DNA of 64,000 nt, taken from contig CAUJDF010000075.1 in the NCBI GenBank assembly GCA_963169045.1, forward strand, positions 16,689-80,688, in the 5' to 3' direction. The notes below the pieces were generated by a model. That model made no database searches. It worked only from the letters and a program-made list of their open reading frames with translations, and was not told where the DNA came from. The first letter of the stretch is position 1. Every line of letters starts with the position of its first letter. Below, piece by piece: positions 13,981-25,075 of the stretch. Position numbers and translations under genes: made by a program. The stretch is from Myxococcota bacterium. GTDB taxonomy: Bacteria; Myxococcota_A; Bradymonadia; UBA7976; UBA1532.

Positions 13981-14778
13981 GTGAGCGACGCCGCGCATGC
14001 CACGGGTCTTTCCGACCTCCGGGTCCACCTTCGTCACTTCTCCTTGGCTTCCGAGGAGATCCAGGCGCGCGCGCTCACCATCTACGAGGCTTTGCTCGCG
14101 GGATCGCGGCACCTGGGCAGCGGCGACTTCCGGCGCATCGCCCCTGAAGACCTGAGCCGCCTCTTCCGGCTGTACGACGACACGTTCTTCGCCGGCCACC
14201 TGAAGCGGGCGCTCGAGGGGCCCGGCGGCGGGCCGCTCTTCCTGCGCCTCTCGCAGCGCATGACGCGGGCCGGCGGGCGCACGACCGTGTATCGGCGGCG
14301 CGGGCGCGAGGGCGAGCTGCGCGAGTTCGAGATCGCCGTGTCGACGACGCTGCTGTTCCAGACGTTCCACGACGTGCATCGCACCGTCACCGTGGTCGGC
14401 CTCGAGTGCCACGACCGGCTCGACGCGCTGCTGCGGATCTTCGAGCACGAGCTCATCCACCTCTGCGAGTTCCTCGCGTGGGGGGCGTCGAGCTGCGAGC
14501 GTCCGCGCTTCCATGACCTCGCCGCCCGCCTCTTCGGCCACCGCGGGTTCACGCACGAGCTGGTCACCGCCCGCGAGCGCGCGCTGGCGCGCCACGGCGT
14601 GCGGCTGGGCGACCGCGTCGCCTTCCGGTGGGAGGGCCGGCGCCTCACCGGCTTCATCAACCGGATCACCAAGCGCGCCACGGTGCTCGTCGAGTCGGCG
14701 GACGGCGCCCGCTACGACGACGGCCATCACTACCGCAAGTACTACGTCCCGCTCGACGAGCTCGAGCCGCCGGGGTGA
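13981..14778 (+). CDS. SprT-like zinc metalloprotease-domain protein
   Basis: HExxH (FEHELIHLCEF) in an SprT-like context. GTG start chosen where the composition becomes protein-like within ORF 13501-14778. Confidence 0.65.
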   Translation: MSDAAHATGLSDLRVHLRHFSLASEEIQARALTIYEALLAGSRHLGSGDFRRIAPEDLSRLFRLYDDTFFAGHLKRALEGPGGGPLFLRLSQRMTRAGGRTTVYRRRGREGELREFEIAVSTTLLFQTFHDVHRTVTVVGLECHDRLDALLRIFEHELIHLCEFLAWGASSCERPRFHDLAARLFGHRGFTHELVTARERALARHGVRLGDRVAFRWEGRRLTGFINRITKRATVLVESADGARYDDGHHYRKYYVPLDELEPPG

Positions 14779-16119
14779 TCAGCGCGGAGTGGCGGCGGCG
14801 AGAGTGGTCGCGGGGTCGTCGAAGCGCAGGGCGTGGCCGGGGTGCCGCTCGCCGGTCGGCGGGGGGGCGGACGCGTCGCCGAAGCGGTGTTCGAGGCGCG
14901 CCAGCACCTCGTGCTGCCGGTCGATGAGGGCCGCGAGCCGGCGCTCCGTGTCACCGACCTGAGCGGCGAGGGCGCGGCCTTCTCCGCGGGCGGCATCGCG
15001 CGCTGCCGCCACCGAGGCGGTCGCGGCCTCGATGGCGGCGAGGCGCTCGCGGACGGCGCGGCCGGTGTCGGCGTCGGCGAGCGGCGCCGGCGCGTCGGCG
15101 ACGACCAGCAGGTCGGCGGGCGGCTCGCCGGTGGCGCCGCGCAGCTGCGCGAGGGTGGTCGCCGTCGACGCGTCCGCGCGCTGGAGCTCATGACGCAGGC
15201 GCTCGCCGACGAGCCGCTGGCCCTCGAGCGCCTCGTCGGCCGCCGCGACGCGCCACGTCTGCGCGGCGAAGGCGACCACCGCCAGGAGCGTGGCGAGGGC
15301 CGCCGCCGTCGAGAAGCCCCGCCGGACGCGTCGGCGTGGCGCGGCCGGCACCTCCCGCCAGCGTGCCGTCGGCGCCGGCCGCATCGGCGGCGCCTCGGCC
15401 TGCCGGGCGGCGCGCAGGGCCCGCGCCGCCGGTCCGTCGCGGGAGATGCTGGAGTGGGGCGCATCCAGCGACGTCGGGCGACGGCGCCGGTGTGGCGGCG
15501 CCGGTGTGGCGGCGGGCGCCTCGGCCAGCGCGACCTCGCCCGCCGGGGTGGACGCGGGCGGCGTGACGGCGCGGGGCGGAGCCGGGGCCGGCGGCGTGAC
15601 GGCGCGGGGCGGGGCCGGGGCCGGCGGCGTGACGGCGCGGGGCGGGGCCGGGGTCGGAGGCGTGACGGCGACGGGCGGGGCCGGGGTCGGCGCGGCGCCG
15701 CGGGCCCGCACCGGCGGCGCGCCGTCGCGCAGCGCGCGCAGCCGCGCCGCCGGACCCTCGTGCGAGGGGCGCCTGGGCCCACCGTCTCCCGGCGGCGCCG
15801 AACCGCTCCCCGCCGGCGGCGGCCCGCCCGAGGACGCGGCGCCGCCCGTCGCCCGCGCCTCGAGGGGGACGGGCGTCGGGGCGCGGCCGAGCGCCTCGCC
15901 GATCGCCTCCGCCGTCGCCCGCGTCGGCGGCTCCTCGATCAGCACGACGTCGGCGGGATCGAGCCACACGACCGGCAGTGGCGGCGTCTCGTCCCAGGGG
16001 AGCGCCACGTCGCAGAACGCCATGGGCGCGCCGTCCGTCGCCGGCGCGGAGGGCGGGAGCGTGAAGCCGGGCGGAATCTCGTCGCCCGCGAGCGTCCAGA
16101 AGTCGTCCAGTCGATCCAC
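14779..16119 (-). CDS. hypothetical single-pass membrane protein with a Pro-rich 11-aa tandem repeat and an Ala/Arg-rich, possibly coiled-coil, C-terminal part
   Basis: The only frame without Arg-runs. Repeat PAPAPPRAVTP x4, TM segment AAALATLLAVVAFAA. Same strand as and downstream of the M24 peptidase. Confidence 0.6.
   Translation of the reverse strand: MDRLDDFWTLAGDEIPPGFTLPPSAPATDGAPMAFCDVALPWDETPPLPVVWLDPADVVLIEEPPTRATAEAIGEALGRAPTPVPLEARATGGAASSGGPPPAGSGSAPPGDGGPRRPSHEGPAARLRALRDGAPPVRARGAAPTPAPPVAVTPPTPAPPRAVTPPAPAPPRAVTPPAPAPPRAVTPPASTPAGEVALAEAPAATPAPPHRRRRPTSLDAPHSSISRDGPAARALRAARQAEAPPMRPAPTARWREVPAAPRRRVRRGFSTAAALATLLAVVAFAAQTWRVAAADEALEGQRLVGERLRHELQRADASTATTLAQLRGATGEPPADLLVVADAPAPLADADTGRAVRERLAAIEAATASVAAARDAARGEGRALAAQVGDTERRLAALIDRQHEVLARLEHRFGDASAPPPTGERHPGHALRFDDPATTLAAATPR
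15557..15688. repeat. 33-bp tandem repeat x4 (GGCGGCGTGACGGCGCGGGGCGGRGCCGGGGYC)
   Basis: Units at 15557-15589, 15590-15622, 15623-15655 and 15656-15688 (last one degenerate). In-frame, coding. Confidence 0.9.
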
Positions 16120-16189
16120 GCCCTCGCCCTCCGTCGCCGCCGATGCGGTCGCGGAACGGAAGGGCGCGGCGCCGGGTCGAGCCTCCGGG

Positions 16190-17575
16190 TCAGCGCATAC
16201 CCACTGCCGCCTCGACCTCGTCGGGCGCCTTGGGGACGGCCTCGGTGAGGACCTCGGCGCCGTCGTCGCGGACGAGCACGTCGTCCTCGATGCGGATGCC
16301 GCGGACGTCGGCGAACTGCGCGAGGCGGGCGCGGTCGAGGCGGTCGCCGGCGGCGCGCAGGCGCTCGGGGTCCTCGAGCAGCGCCGGCACCTGGTAGAAG
16401 CCCGGCTCGATCGTCACCGCCATGCCGGGCGAAAGGTCCCGGTCGAGACGCAGGTAGCGCAGTCCGAAGCGGTCGGAGCGCGCGCGGCCCGGCGCGTATC
16501 CGGCGCGGTCGCCGAGGTCCTCCATGTCGTGCACGTCGAGCCCGAGCAGATGCCCGATCCCGTGGGGGAAGAAGAGCGCGTGGACGTCGTCCTCGACCAG
16601 CTCGGCGACGTCGCCGCGCAGGATGCCGAGCGCCACGAGCCCCGCCGCGAGCGCGTGGCACGCCGCCAGGTGGACGTCGCGGTAGCGCGCGCCCGGCCGC
16701 ACCGCCGCGATCGCCGCGCGCTGCGCCTCCAGCACCACCCCGTAGATCTCGCGCTGCGTCGTGCTGAAGCGCCCCGTCACCGGCCACGTCCGCGTCACGT
16801 CCGCGGCCCAGCCGCCGCCGGTCTCGGCGCCGACGTCGGCCAGCAGCAGGTCGCCGTCGCCGAGCGTGTGATGGTGGACGTCGTTGTGGAGCACCTCGCC
16901 GTGCACCGTCACGATCGGGTTGTAGGCGTGCGACATGCCGCGGCCGACGATCTCGGCCTCCATCGCGGCGCGCACCACCCACTCCCGGGCGCCGGCGGTC
17001 GTCGCGCGCATGCCCGCCCGGTGCGCCGCCGCCGTGGCCGCCGCGGCGCGCCGCAGCTCGGACTGCGCCGCGGGGTCGTGCACGAGCCGCAGCGCGATCA
17101 TCGCGTCGAAGAGGACCTCGTCGGTGGGGAAGGGCGGGTCGACGGCGAGCGGGTGCCCGACGTACGCCATGAGCACCTCGGCGGTCGCGGTGTCCGGCGG
17201 CGGCAGCGTCGCGGTGGGGCGCTCGCCGATCGCCGCCGGCAGCTCCGCGAGCGGCCGCACCGGACAGCCCGTCGCCGCCTCGACTGCGTCGGCGCCGGGC
17301 GTCGGTCCGTGCCAGAGCGCGTGGTCCGGCGCGGCCGGCTCGGCGTAGATCGTCGCGTGGTCGCCGTCGACGAGCACGAACGCGCCCGGCAGCGATGCCC
17401 CCGTGAGATAGAGGAAGTGGCTCGAGGCCCGGTACGGGTAGACATTGGCCCGGTAGTTGCGCGGACGCGGCAGTCCCGCGGCGACGAGGGCCGGCCGCCC
17501 GCCGAGCAGCGCCGCGAGACGCCGGCGGCGGGCGACGTACGGCGCGGGATCGTTCGTGTCGGGCAGGCGGATCAT
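16190..17575 (-). CDS. M24 family Xaa-Pro aminopeptidase
   Basis: Metal-ligand motifs DVGAE...D and HGIGHLLGLDVHD, plus IEPGFY and IRIEDD. Start moved to ATG 17573-17575 (MIRLPDT). Confidence 0.85.
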   Translation of the reverse strand: MIRLPDTNDPAPYVARRRRLAALLGGRPALVAAGLPRPRNYRANVYPYRASSHFLYLTGASLPGAFVLVDGDHATIYAEPAAPDHALWHGPTPGADAVEAATGCPVRPLAELPAAIGERPTATLPPPDTATAEVLMAYVGHPLAVDPPFPTDEVLFDAMIALRLVHDPAAQSELRRAAAATAAAHRAGMRATTAGAREWVVRAAMEAEIVGRGMSHAYNPIVTVHGEVLHNDVHHHTLGDGDLLLADVGAETGGGWAADVTRTWPVTGRFSTTQREIYGVVLEAQRAAIAAVRPGARYRDVHLAACHALAAGLVALGILRGDVAELVEDDVHALFFPHGIGHLLGLDVHDMEDLGDRAGYAPGRARSDRFGLRYLRLDRDLSPGMAVTIEPGFYQVPALLEDPERLRAAGDRLDRARLAQFADVRGIRIEDDVLVRDDGAEVLTEAVPKAPDEVEAAVGMR

Positions 17576-17631
17576 TGCGGGTCCTTTCGTCGTCCCACCA
17601 AGATGGAGGCGCATTCTATGCGGGAGGACTC

Positions 17632-18603
17632 ATGAAGCGTATCGCGGTGCTGACGAGCGGAGGCGACGCGCCGGGCATGAACGCGGCCATCCGGGCGGTC
17701 ACGCGCGCGGCCCAGGAGAGGGGCTGGGACGTCCTCGGCGTCGAGGGCGGCTTCGCGGGCCTCATGGCGGGCCGGATGCGGGCGCTCGGCGCCCGAGACG
17801 TCGGCGGCATCATCGAGCGGGGCGGCACCATCCTCGGCACCGCCCGCGCCCCGGAGTTCAAGACGCCCGAGGGCCGGCAGCGAGCGGTGCACGAGCTCGG
17901 CGCCCACGACGTCGACGCGGTGGTCGTCATCGGCGGCAACGGCTCGCAGACCGGCGCCCACGCCCTCTGGAAGGAGGGCGTGCCCGTCGTCGGCGTCGCC
18001 TCGACCATCGACAACGACCTGCTCGGCTCCGACATCACCATCGGCGTCGACACGGCCCTCGACGTGGCGCTCGAGAACATCGACCGCCTCAAGGTGACGG
18101 CGTCGTCGCACCAGCGCGCCTTCCTCGTCGAGGTGATGGGGCGCGACTGCGGTTACCTCGCGGTGGTCGCGGGCATCGCCGGCGGCGCCGAGGCGGTGGT
18201 GATCCCCGAGGTGGAGACCTCGCCGGACCGCGTCGCCGAGGAGCTCGCCGACGCCTACCGGCGGGGCAAGGCGCACGCGCTCGTCGTGGTCGCCGAGGGC
18301 GCCAGCTGCAACGCGAGCACGCTGGGGGCGCACTTCAAGGCGCACAAGGAGCGCATCGGCTTCGACCTGCGCGTGACCATCCTCGGCCACGTGCAGCGGG
18401 GCGGGCACCCCGGCGCCTTCGACCGCCTGCTCGCCAGCCGCCTCGGCGCCGGCGCCGTCGACGCGCTCGCCCGCGGCGAGCAGGGCGTCCTCGTCGGCCT
18501 CGTCCGGGGCCAGGTGGGCACCACGCCCCACGACGAGATCGTCGGCCGCACGAAGCCGCTCGACCTCGAGCTCTTCCGCCTCGCGCAGGTGCTGGCCAGC
18601 TGA
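17632..18603 (+). CDS. pfkA: ATP-dependent 6-phosphofructokinase
   Basis: MKRIAVLTSGGDAPGMNAAIRAV, IGGNGS, STIDNDL, MGRDCGYLA. SD GGGAGGA upstream of ATG 17632. Confidence 0.9.
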   Translation: MKRIAVLTSGGDAPGMNAAIRAVTRAAQERGWDVLGVEGGFAGLMAGRMRALGARDVGGIIERGGTILGTARAPEFKTPEGRQRAVHELGAHDVDAVVVIGGNGSQTGAHALWKEGVPVVGVASTIDNDLLGSDITIGVDTALDVALENIDRLKVTASSHQRAFLVEVMGRDCGYLAVVAGIAGGAEAVVIPEVETSPDRVAEELADAYRRGKAHALVVVAEGASCNASTLGAHFKAHKERIGFDLRVTILGHVQRGGHPGAFDRLLASRLGAGAVDALARGEQGVLVGLVRGQVGTTPHDEIVGRTKPLDLELFRLAQVLAS

Positions 18604-18685
18604 GGCACCGGCCCTCCGGCCGGGGGTTGGCCGCGGCGCCGGAGCGTGTTACGACGGGACGTCTCGCGCGACGGAGGGGACGCCC

Positions 18686-20080
18686 ATGTCGGTGCTCATC
18701 AAGAACGGCCGCATCATCACCGCGGTCGACGACTACTACGCTGACGTCTACATCGAGGGCGAGAAGATCGCGCTGATCGGCCGCGACCTGAAGGTCGGCG
18801 CCGACACGGTGATCGACGCCACCGACCGCCTGGTGATCCCGGGTGGCATCGACCCGCACACGCACCTCGACATGCCGTTCGGCGGCACGGTCTCCGCCGA
18901 CGACTTCGAGAGCGGTACGCGCGCCGCGGCGTTCGGCGGCACGACGACGATCATCGACTTCGCCATCCAGACGAAGGGGCGCTCGACGATCGAGGGCCTC
19001 GACGCGTGGCATGCCAAGGCGGAGGGGAAGGCGACGATCGACTATGCCTTCCACATGATCATCACCGACATGCCCGACGAGCGGCTGCCGGAGATGAACA
19101 AGCTCGCCGACGAGGGCATCACCAGCTACAAGCTGTTCATGGCATACCCCGGCGTGCTCTACGCCGACGACGCCACGCTCTATCGCACGTTCCGGCGCGC
19201 GGGCGACAACGGCACGCGCATCTGCATGCACGCCGAGAACGGCATCGTCATCGACGAGATCATCAAGGAAGCCATCCGCGACGGCAAGGTGTCGCCGCGC
19301 TGGCACGCGCACACGCGGCCGACGCGCATGGAGGCCGAGGGCGTGCACCGCGCCATCTCGATCGCCGAGGTGGCCGGCGTCCCGCTGTACATCGTGCATC
19401 TGTCGTGCGCCGACGCGCTCGAGCAGGTCAAGCTCGGCCGCATGCGCGGCATCGACGTGCAGGCGGAGACCTGCCCGCAGTATCTGTTCCTCGACATCGA
19501 CCACTACGACGCGCCGGGCTTCGAGGGCGCGAAGTACGTGATGACGCCTCCGCTGCGCGAGAAGTGGAACCAGGGCGTGCTCTGGTCGGGTCTCAAGTTC
19601 GGGCATCTGTCGGCGGTCGCCACCGACCACTGCCCCTTCTGCATGAAGGACCAGAAGGAGCTCGGCCGTCACGACTTCACGAAGATCCCGAACGGCGCGC
19701 CGGGCGTCGAGAACCGCATGAGCCTCATCTATCACGGCGGTGTGGTCGAGGGCCGGTTCTCCCTGAACCGCTTCGTGGAGCTGACATCGACGGCGGCGGC
19801 GAAGACGTTCGGTCTGTTCCCCAAGAAGGGCACGATCGCCGTGGGCAGCGACGCCGACATCGTCGTCTTCGATCCCAACCGCAAAGAGACGATCAGCGTG
19901 AACAACGAGTTCACGCATCACATGAAGGTCGACTTCAGCACCTACGAAGGCATCGAGATTCAGGGCTGGTCGGAGACGGTGCTCTCGCGCGGTCGCGTGG
20001 TGGTCGACAAGGGTCGGATGCCGAAGACGGGCGGCGGTCAGTTCATCCGCCGGGCGCGCGTGGGCGAACCCCTGCGCTGA
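18686..20080 (+). CDS. hydA: dihydropyrimidinase / D-hydantoinase
   Basis: Cyclic amidohydrolase motifs GGIDPHTHLDMPFGG, KLFMAY (carboxylated Lys), HAENG, YIVHLS, ATDHCPF. Confidence 0.9.
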   Translation: MSVLIKNGRIITAVDDYYADVYIEGEKIALIGRDLKVGADTVIDATDRLVIPGGIDPHTHLDMPFGGTVSADDFESGTRAAAFGGTTTIIDFAIQTKGRSTIEGLDAWHAKAEGKATIDYAFHMIITDMPDERLPEMNKLADEGITSYKLFMAYPGVLYADDATLYRTFRRAGDNGTRICMHAENGIVIDEIIKEAIRDGKVSPRWHAHTRPTRMEAEGVHRAISIAEVAGVPLYIVHLSCADALEQVKLGRMRGIDVQAETCPQYLFLDIDHYDAPGFEGAKYVMTPPLREKWNQGVLWSGLKFGHLSAVATDHCPFCMKDQKELGRHDFTKIPNGAPGVENRMSLIYHGGVVEGRFSLNRFVELTSTAAAKTFGLFPKKGTIAVGSDADIVVFDPNRKETISVNNEFTHHMKVDFSTYEGIEIQGWSETVLSRGRVVVDKGRMPKTGGGQFIRRARVGEPLR

Positions 20081-20090
20081 CTTCCGGGGC

Positions 20091-20345
20091 TCAGCAGTCC
20101 ATCGCAGTACTGTCGCCGCAGGACCCCGGCGCCGCGTCGGCCGGCGCCGCGTCGGCGGCGCTCGCGGCGTCGTCGGGCGCGGCGTCGTCGGGCGCGGCGG
20201 CGTCGCCCGGGGGCGCGGTGCCGAAGTCGCGGCGCGCGTCGACGACGGGCACGTCGGGGAACGTGGCGTCGGTGGGGGTCGCGTGGCGCGTCTCGTCGCA
20301 CGCGGTCAGCAGGAGTCCGAGCAGCGGCAGGGCGAAGGTGCGCAT
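20091..20345 (-). CDS. small lipoprotein, function unknown
   Basis: Start at MRTFALPLLGLLLTAC (lipobox). PDAA low-complexity region. Short, so uncertain. Confidence 0.45.
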   Translation of the reverse strand: MRTFALPLLGLLLTACDETRHATPTDATFPDVPVVDARRDFGTAPPGDAAAPDDAAPDDAASAADAAPADAAPGSCGDSTAMDC

Positions 20346-20527
20346 GGGCGCGTCTTGTATCACAGCCGCGCGGGATCCGTGACCGTCGGGAAACACGTCC
20401 GCGCGTTTCGGCGCAACCCTGATTGTCGGCGCGAAGTCGATGCACTATGCCCCCTGTCCTGGAGGTTGGGGGAGCAAAGCGCGAGACGCTCGACCGGCGC
20501 ACCAGCGCCACTCAGGAGGCAGCGGGC

Positions 20528-21583
<1,056 letters not shown>

Positions 21584-21601
21584 CCGGCCGACGGAGGTCC
21601 G

Positions 21602-22360
21602 ATGCGCTCGCTGCTCTCGTCCCTGTTGCTGCTCGTCGTGACGAGCGCCCCCGCCGCGGCGCAGAAGCCCGCGGCAGACGGCAGGATCGCCGTCACCTGG
21701 CTCGGCCACGCCGCATTCCAGATCGTCTCGCCCGGCGGCACGCGGCTCCTCGTCGACCCCTTCCTGACGCAGAACCCCGCCACGCCGGCGGAGCGGAAGA
21801 AGCTCGACGGCTACAAGCTCGACGCCATCCTCGTGTCGCACTCGCACCCCGACCACGCCGCCGACGCGGCGCCGCTCGCCAGGGCCACGAAGGCGAAGGT
21901 GATCGGCGTGTTCGAGCAGATCGAGCAGCTCGACGTGCCGGCGGAGCAGAAGGCGGGCGGCAACGTCGGCGGGCGGTTCGCGGTCGGCGACGTCGTCGTG
22001 CACCTCGTGCCGGCGCTGCATTCGAGCGATCCCGGCGGGCGTCCGGTGGGCTTCGTCGTGAAGTTCGCCGACGGGCGCTCGATCTATCACACCGGCGACA
22101 CCTGGATCTTCGGCGACATGAGCCTGATCCAGGAGGTCCACGCGCCCACCATCCTGCTCCTCCAGGCCGGCGGCGGTCCGTACAACCAGGATCCGACGAC
22201 CGCGGCCCTCGCCGTGAAGAAGTACTTCCAGCCCAAGGTCATCGTGCCCATGCACTACGGCACGTTCCCGGTCCTGGCGGACGAGGCGGCGGTGGCGAAG
22301 GCTTTCGCCGGCGACAAGCGTCTCCGCCTGATGAAGCCGGGCGAGACCGCCGAATTCTGA
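21602..22360 (+). CDS. exported metallo-beta-lactamase-fold hydrolase (UPF0173-like)
   Basis: Signal peptide LLLLVVTSAPAAAQ. HSHPDH metal motif. Starts 18 nt after the EBP stop, with a GGAGG SD. Confidence 0.8.
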   Translation: MRSLLSSLLLLVVTSAPAAAQKPAADGRIAVTWLGHAAFQIVSPGGTRLLVDPFLTQNPATPAERKKLDGYKLDAILVSHSHPDHAADAAPLARATKAKVIGVFEQIEQLDVPAEQKAGGNVGGRFAVGDVVVHLVPALHSSDPGGRPVGFVVKFADGRSIYHTGDTWIFGDMSLIQEVHAPTILLLQAGGGPYNQDPTTAALAVKKYFQPKVIVPMHYGTFPVLADEAAVAKAFAGDKRLRLMKPGETAEF

Positions 22361-22529
22361 GCCGCGAGCGTCGTCGGCGCGGAACAGCGCGCGTCCGGAC
22401 ACGTGTTTCATGCGCGCCGGCAGCGTCCGGCGCCGCCGCGGAGCGCCGGGGCGGCCTGTCGCGGGCGCCACGGCGTCGCGGCGGCGGGGGCCTGAAGCCG
22501 CCCGGACGGCGCGCGGAGGCGGACGCGAC

Positions 22530-22558
22530 TTGCACGACCTCAGGGAAACACGCAATAC
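22530..22558 (+). promoter_or_regulatory. sigma-70-like promoter TTGCAC-N17-CAATAC upstream of the efflux operon
   Basis: Hexamers read directly. The -10 ends about 10 nt before ATG 22569, so the leader would be very short. Confidence 0.25.
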
Positions 22559-22568
22559 CCGTGACCCC

Positions 22569-23873
22569 ATGTTTTGCACGCGAAGATGGATCCTGGCGCT
22601 CCTCCTCGTGCCGGCGCCCGCCGCGGCCGAGCTGACGCTCGACGCCTGTCGCGGCTCGGCGCGCACGCAGCACCCGCAGGTGGCCGCCGCCCGCGCGCAG
22701 GAGGCCGCGGCCGCGGCGCGCCGCGCGATCGGCTTCTCCGGCTTTCTGCCGACGATCTCGGCGGAGGCATCGGCCAGCGCCGTGCACGGCGGCTTCGCGG
22801 GCGCGGCGCGCGCGGGCACGAACAGCTTCACCGGCGGGCTCGAGACGTGGACGGCGGCGATCACCGCCCGGCAGACGCTCTGGGACTTCGGGCGCACGCT
22901 GAACCAGTTCCAGGCGGCGCGCGCGGCCAACGAGGCCGCCGACGCCGAGGCGCAGGTGGCCAGCGAGCGGCTCGAGGTGGAGGCCGAGGCGGCCTTCCGG
23001 ACGGCCATCGCCGCCACGGAGCTCGTCCAGGCCGCCGAGGAGGCGCTGCAGCGCGCCGACCTGCAGCGCAAGCGGGCCGACGCGCGCGTGCAGGTGGGGC
23101 AGCGGCCGCGGTTCGACCTGTCGCGGGCCGACGTCGAGGTGGCGAACGCGCGCCTGGCGCTCGTGGCGGCCACCAACGGCCGCGCCCTCGCCATCGCGCA
23201 GCTCGCGAGCGCATGCGGCCTGGCGGCGCTGCCGGCGGGGACGACGCTGGCACCGCCGCCGACGCGCGCGCCCGCCGAGCTGCCGCCCGTGGACGCCGCG
23301 CGCCAGCGGGCGCTCGAGCGGCGCGCCGAGATCCGCGCCGCGCGGGCCCGCCTCGAGGCCAGCGAGCAGGCCGTCGAGGCGGCGCGCGCGCACTACTGGC
23401 CCACGCTCTCGGCCAGCGGCAGCGTCGGCTTCCGCGGACCGGAGCCGGGCGACATGGAGTCCGGTTGGCAGGCGCTCGCGCAGGTGACGGTGCCGATCGT
23501 GGCCGGCGGCGCCGATGCGGCGCGGGTGCGGGAGGCCGAGGCGCTGCGGGACGCCACGGCCGCGAACTTCGAAAATCTGAAGCGATCCGTGGTGTTGGAG
23601 GTCGACGCCGCGCTGCTCTCGGCCCAGGAGGCGCAGAGCCGCCTCGACGCGGCGACTTCGCTCGAGCGCAGCGCCGACGAGGGGTTGCGCCTCGCCGAGG
23701 CGCGCTACGAGACGGGCGCAGGCGACGCGGTGGAGCTGGCGGACGCGCAGGCGCAGCTCGCGCAGGCGCAGGCGACGCGGGTGCGGGCGGCGCTCGACGT
23801 GGCGGTCTCGTTGGCCAGGCTCGACCGGATTGTGGGTGGGCGGATCCTCGACGGGCGGGAGGCGACCCGGTGA
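22569..23873 (+). CDS. TolC-family outer-membrane efflux protein
   Basis: Start moved to ATG 22569 (MFCTRRWILALLLVPAPAAA). Two TolC-type alpha/beta repeats (LTLDAC..., ARLEASEQAVEAARAHYWPTLSASGS). Confidence 0.85.
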   Translation: MFCTRRWILALLLVPAPAAAELTLDACRGSARTQHPQVAAARAQEAAAAARRAIGFSGFLPTISAEASASAVHGGFAGAARAGTNSFTGGLETWTAAITARQTLWDFGRTLNQFQAARAANEAADAEAQVASERLEVEAEAAFRTAIAATELVQAAEEALQRADLQRKRADARVQVGQRPRFDLSRADVEVANARLALVAATNGRALAIAQLASACGLAALPAGTTLAPPPTRAPAELPPVDAARQRALERRAEIRAARARLEASEQAVEAARAHYWPTLSASGSVGFRGPEPGDMESGWQALAQVTVPIVAGGADAARVREAEALRDATAANFENLKRSVVLEVDAALLSAQEAQSRLDAATSLERSADEGLRLAEARYETGAGDAVELADAQAQLAQAQATRVRAALDVAVSLARLDRIVGGRILDGREATR

Positions 23874-25075
23874 AGCGTTTGCTGTTCCTGGTGCTGCTCT
23901 TCGGTTGTGGTGGCGGCGGCGAGGCGCCCAAGGGCGGCGGCAAGCCCTCGGGACCGGTCGTCGTCCGCACCGCGCCCGCGCGGACCGAGGAGATGGCACA
24001 GGTCGTCGAGATCAGCGGCACGCTGGCCGGGGCCGAGGAGGTCACGCTCGCCGCCGAGGTCGAGGCGCCGGTGGAGGCGATCGTCGCCGACATGGGCGAC
24101 CGCGTGAAGGCCGGCGATCCGCTCGTGAAGCTCGACGTCGAGGATCTGAAGCTGCGCGCCGACCAGGCCGACGCCGAGCACCGGCAGGCGCGTGCGCGCC
24201 TCGGCGCGGCGCCCGGCCGGTTCGATCCCGAGGCCTACGCGGGGGTGCGGCGGGCGCGGGCCGACCTCGACGAGGCGAAGCGCAACCTCGCGCGGGGCGA
24301 GGAGTTGATGCGCCGCGACGTGTCCTCGGCGGCGGAGCTGGACGCGCTGCGGACGCGCGTGGCGACCGCCGAGGCAGCGCTCCAGTCGGCCCTCGAGGAA
24401 GCTCGGGGCGCCGTCGCCACGGTCGACGCGCGCCGCGCCGCCGCGGAGATGGCGAAAAAGCGCTTGCGGGACGCGGTGATCCGCTCGCCGATCGAGGGCG
24501 CGGTCAGCAAGCGCCTCGTCGCGCCGGGCGAGTTCGTGCGGGTGGGCCAGGCGGTGGCGCGCGTGGTCGTCACCGATCCGCTGAAGCTCACCGGCGAGGT
24601 GCCCGAGCGCTACGCGGGCGTCGTCAGGCCGGGCGCCGTCGTGCGCGCCACGAGCGACGCGCTGCCCGGGAAGACGCTCGAGGGCACGCTCACCCGCGTG
24701 GCGCCCGACGTGAACGCCACCTCCCGCACGTTCTCCGTCGAGGCGCGCATCCCCGATCCCGAGGGGCGGCTCAAGCCGGGGCTGTTCGCCCGCGCCGAGA
24801 TCGCGCTGGGCGCCGCGGAGCAGGTCTTCGCGGTGCCCGAGCCGGCGGTCGTCAACGTCGCCGGCGTGGTGAAGGTCTTCGTCGAGCAGGGCGGCCGCGC
24901 GAGCGAGCGCAAGGTGCGCGTCGTGCGCAAGCGCGGCGGCGACGCGCTCGTGAGCGGGCCGGTGCAGGCGGGCGAGCCGGTGATCATCACCGGCGTGGCG
25001 CGGCTGTTCGACGGCGCGGAGGTGCAGGTCGACACGGGCGCGCCGGCGGCGCCCGCCTCGGAGGCGGCGAAGTGA
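23870..25075 (+). CDS. RND efflux periplasmic adaptor (membrane fusion protein)
   Basis: Its GTG overlaps the TolC stop (GTGA). Lipobox LLFGCGG. Lipoyl/hairpin/beta-barrel pattern (VKAGDPLVKLD ... IRSPIEGAVSKR). Confidence 0.85.
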   Translation: MKRLLFLVLLFGCGGGGEAPKGGGKPSGPVVVRTAPARTEEMAQVVEISGTLAGAEEVTLAAEVEAPVEAIVADMGDRVKAGDPLVKLDVEDLKLRADQADAEHRQARARLGAAPGRFDPEAYAGVRRARADLDEAKRNLARGEELMRRDVSSAAELDALRTRVATAEAALQSALEEARGAVATVDARRAAAEMAKKRLRDAVIRSPIEGAVSKRLVAPGEFVRVGQAVARVVVTDPLKLTGEVPERYAGVVRPGAVVRATSDALPGKTLEGTLTRVAPDVNATSRTFSVEARIPDPEGRLKPGLFARAEIALGAAEQVFAVPEPAVVNVAGVVKVFVEQGGRASERKVRVVRKRGGDALVSGPVQAGEPVIITGVARLFDGAEVQVDTGAPAAPASEAAK

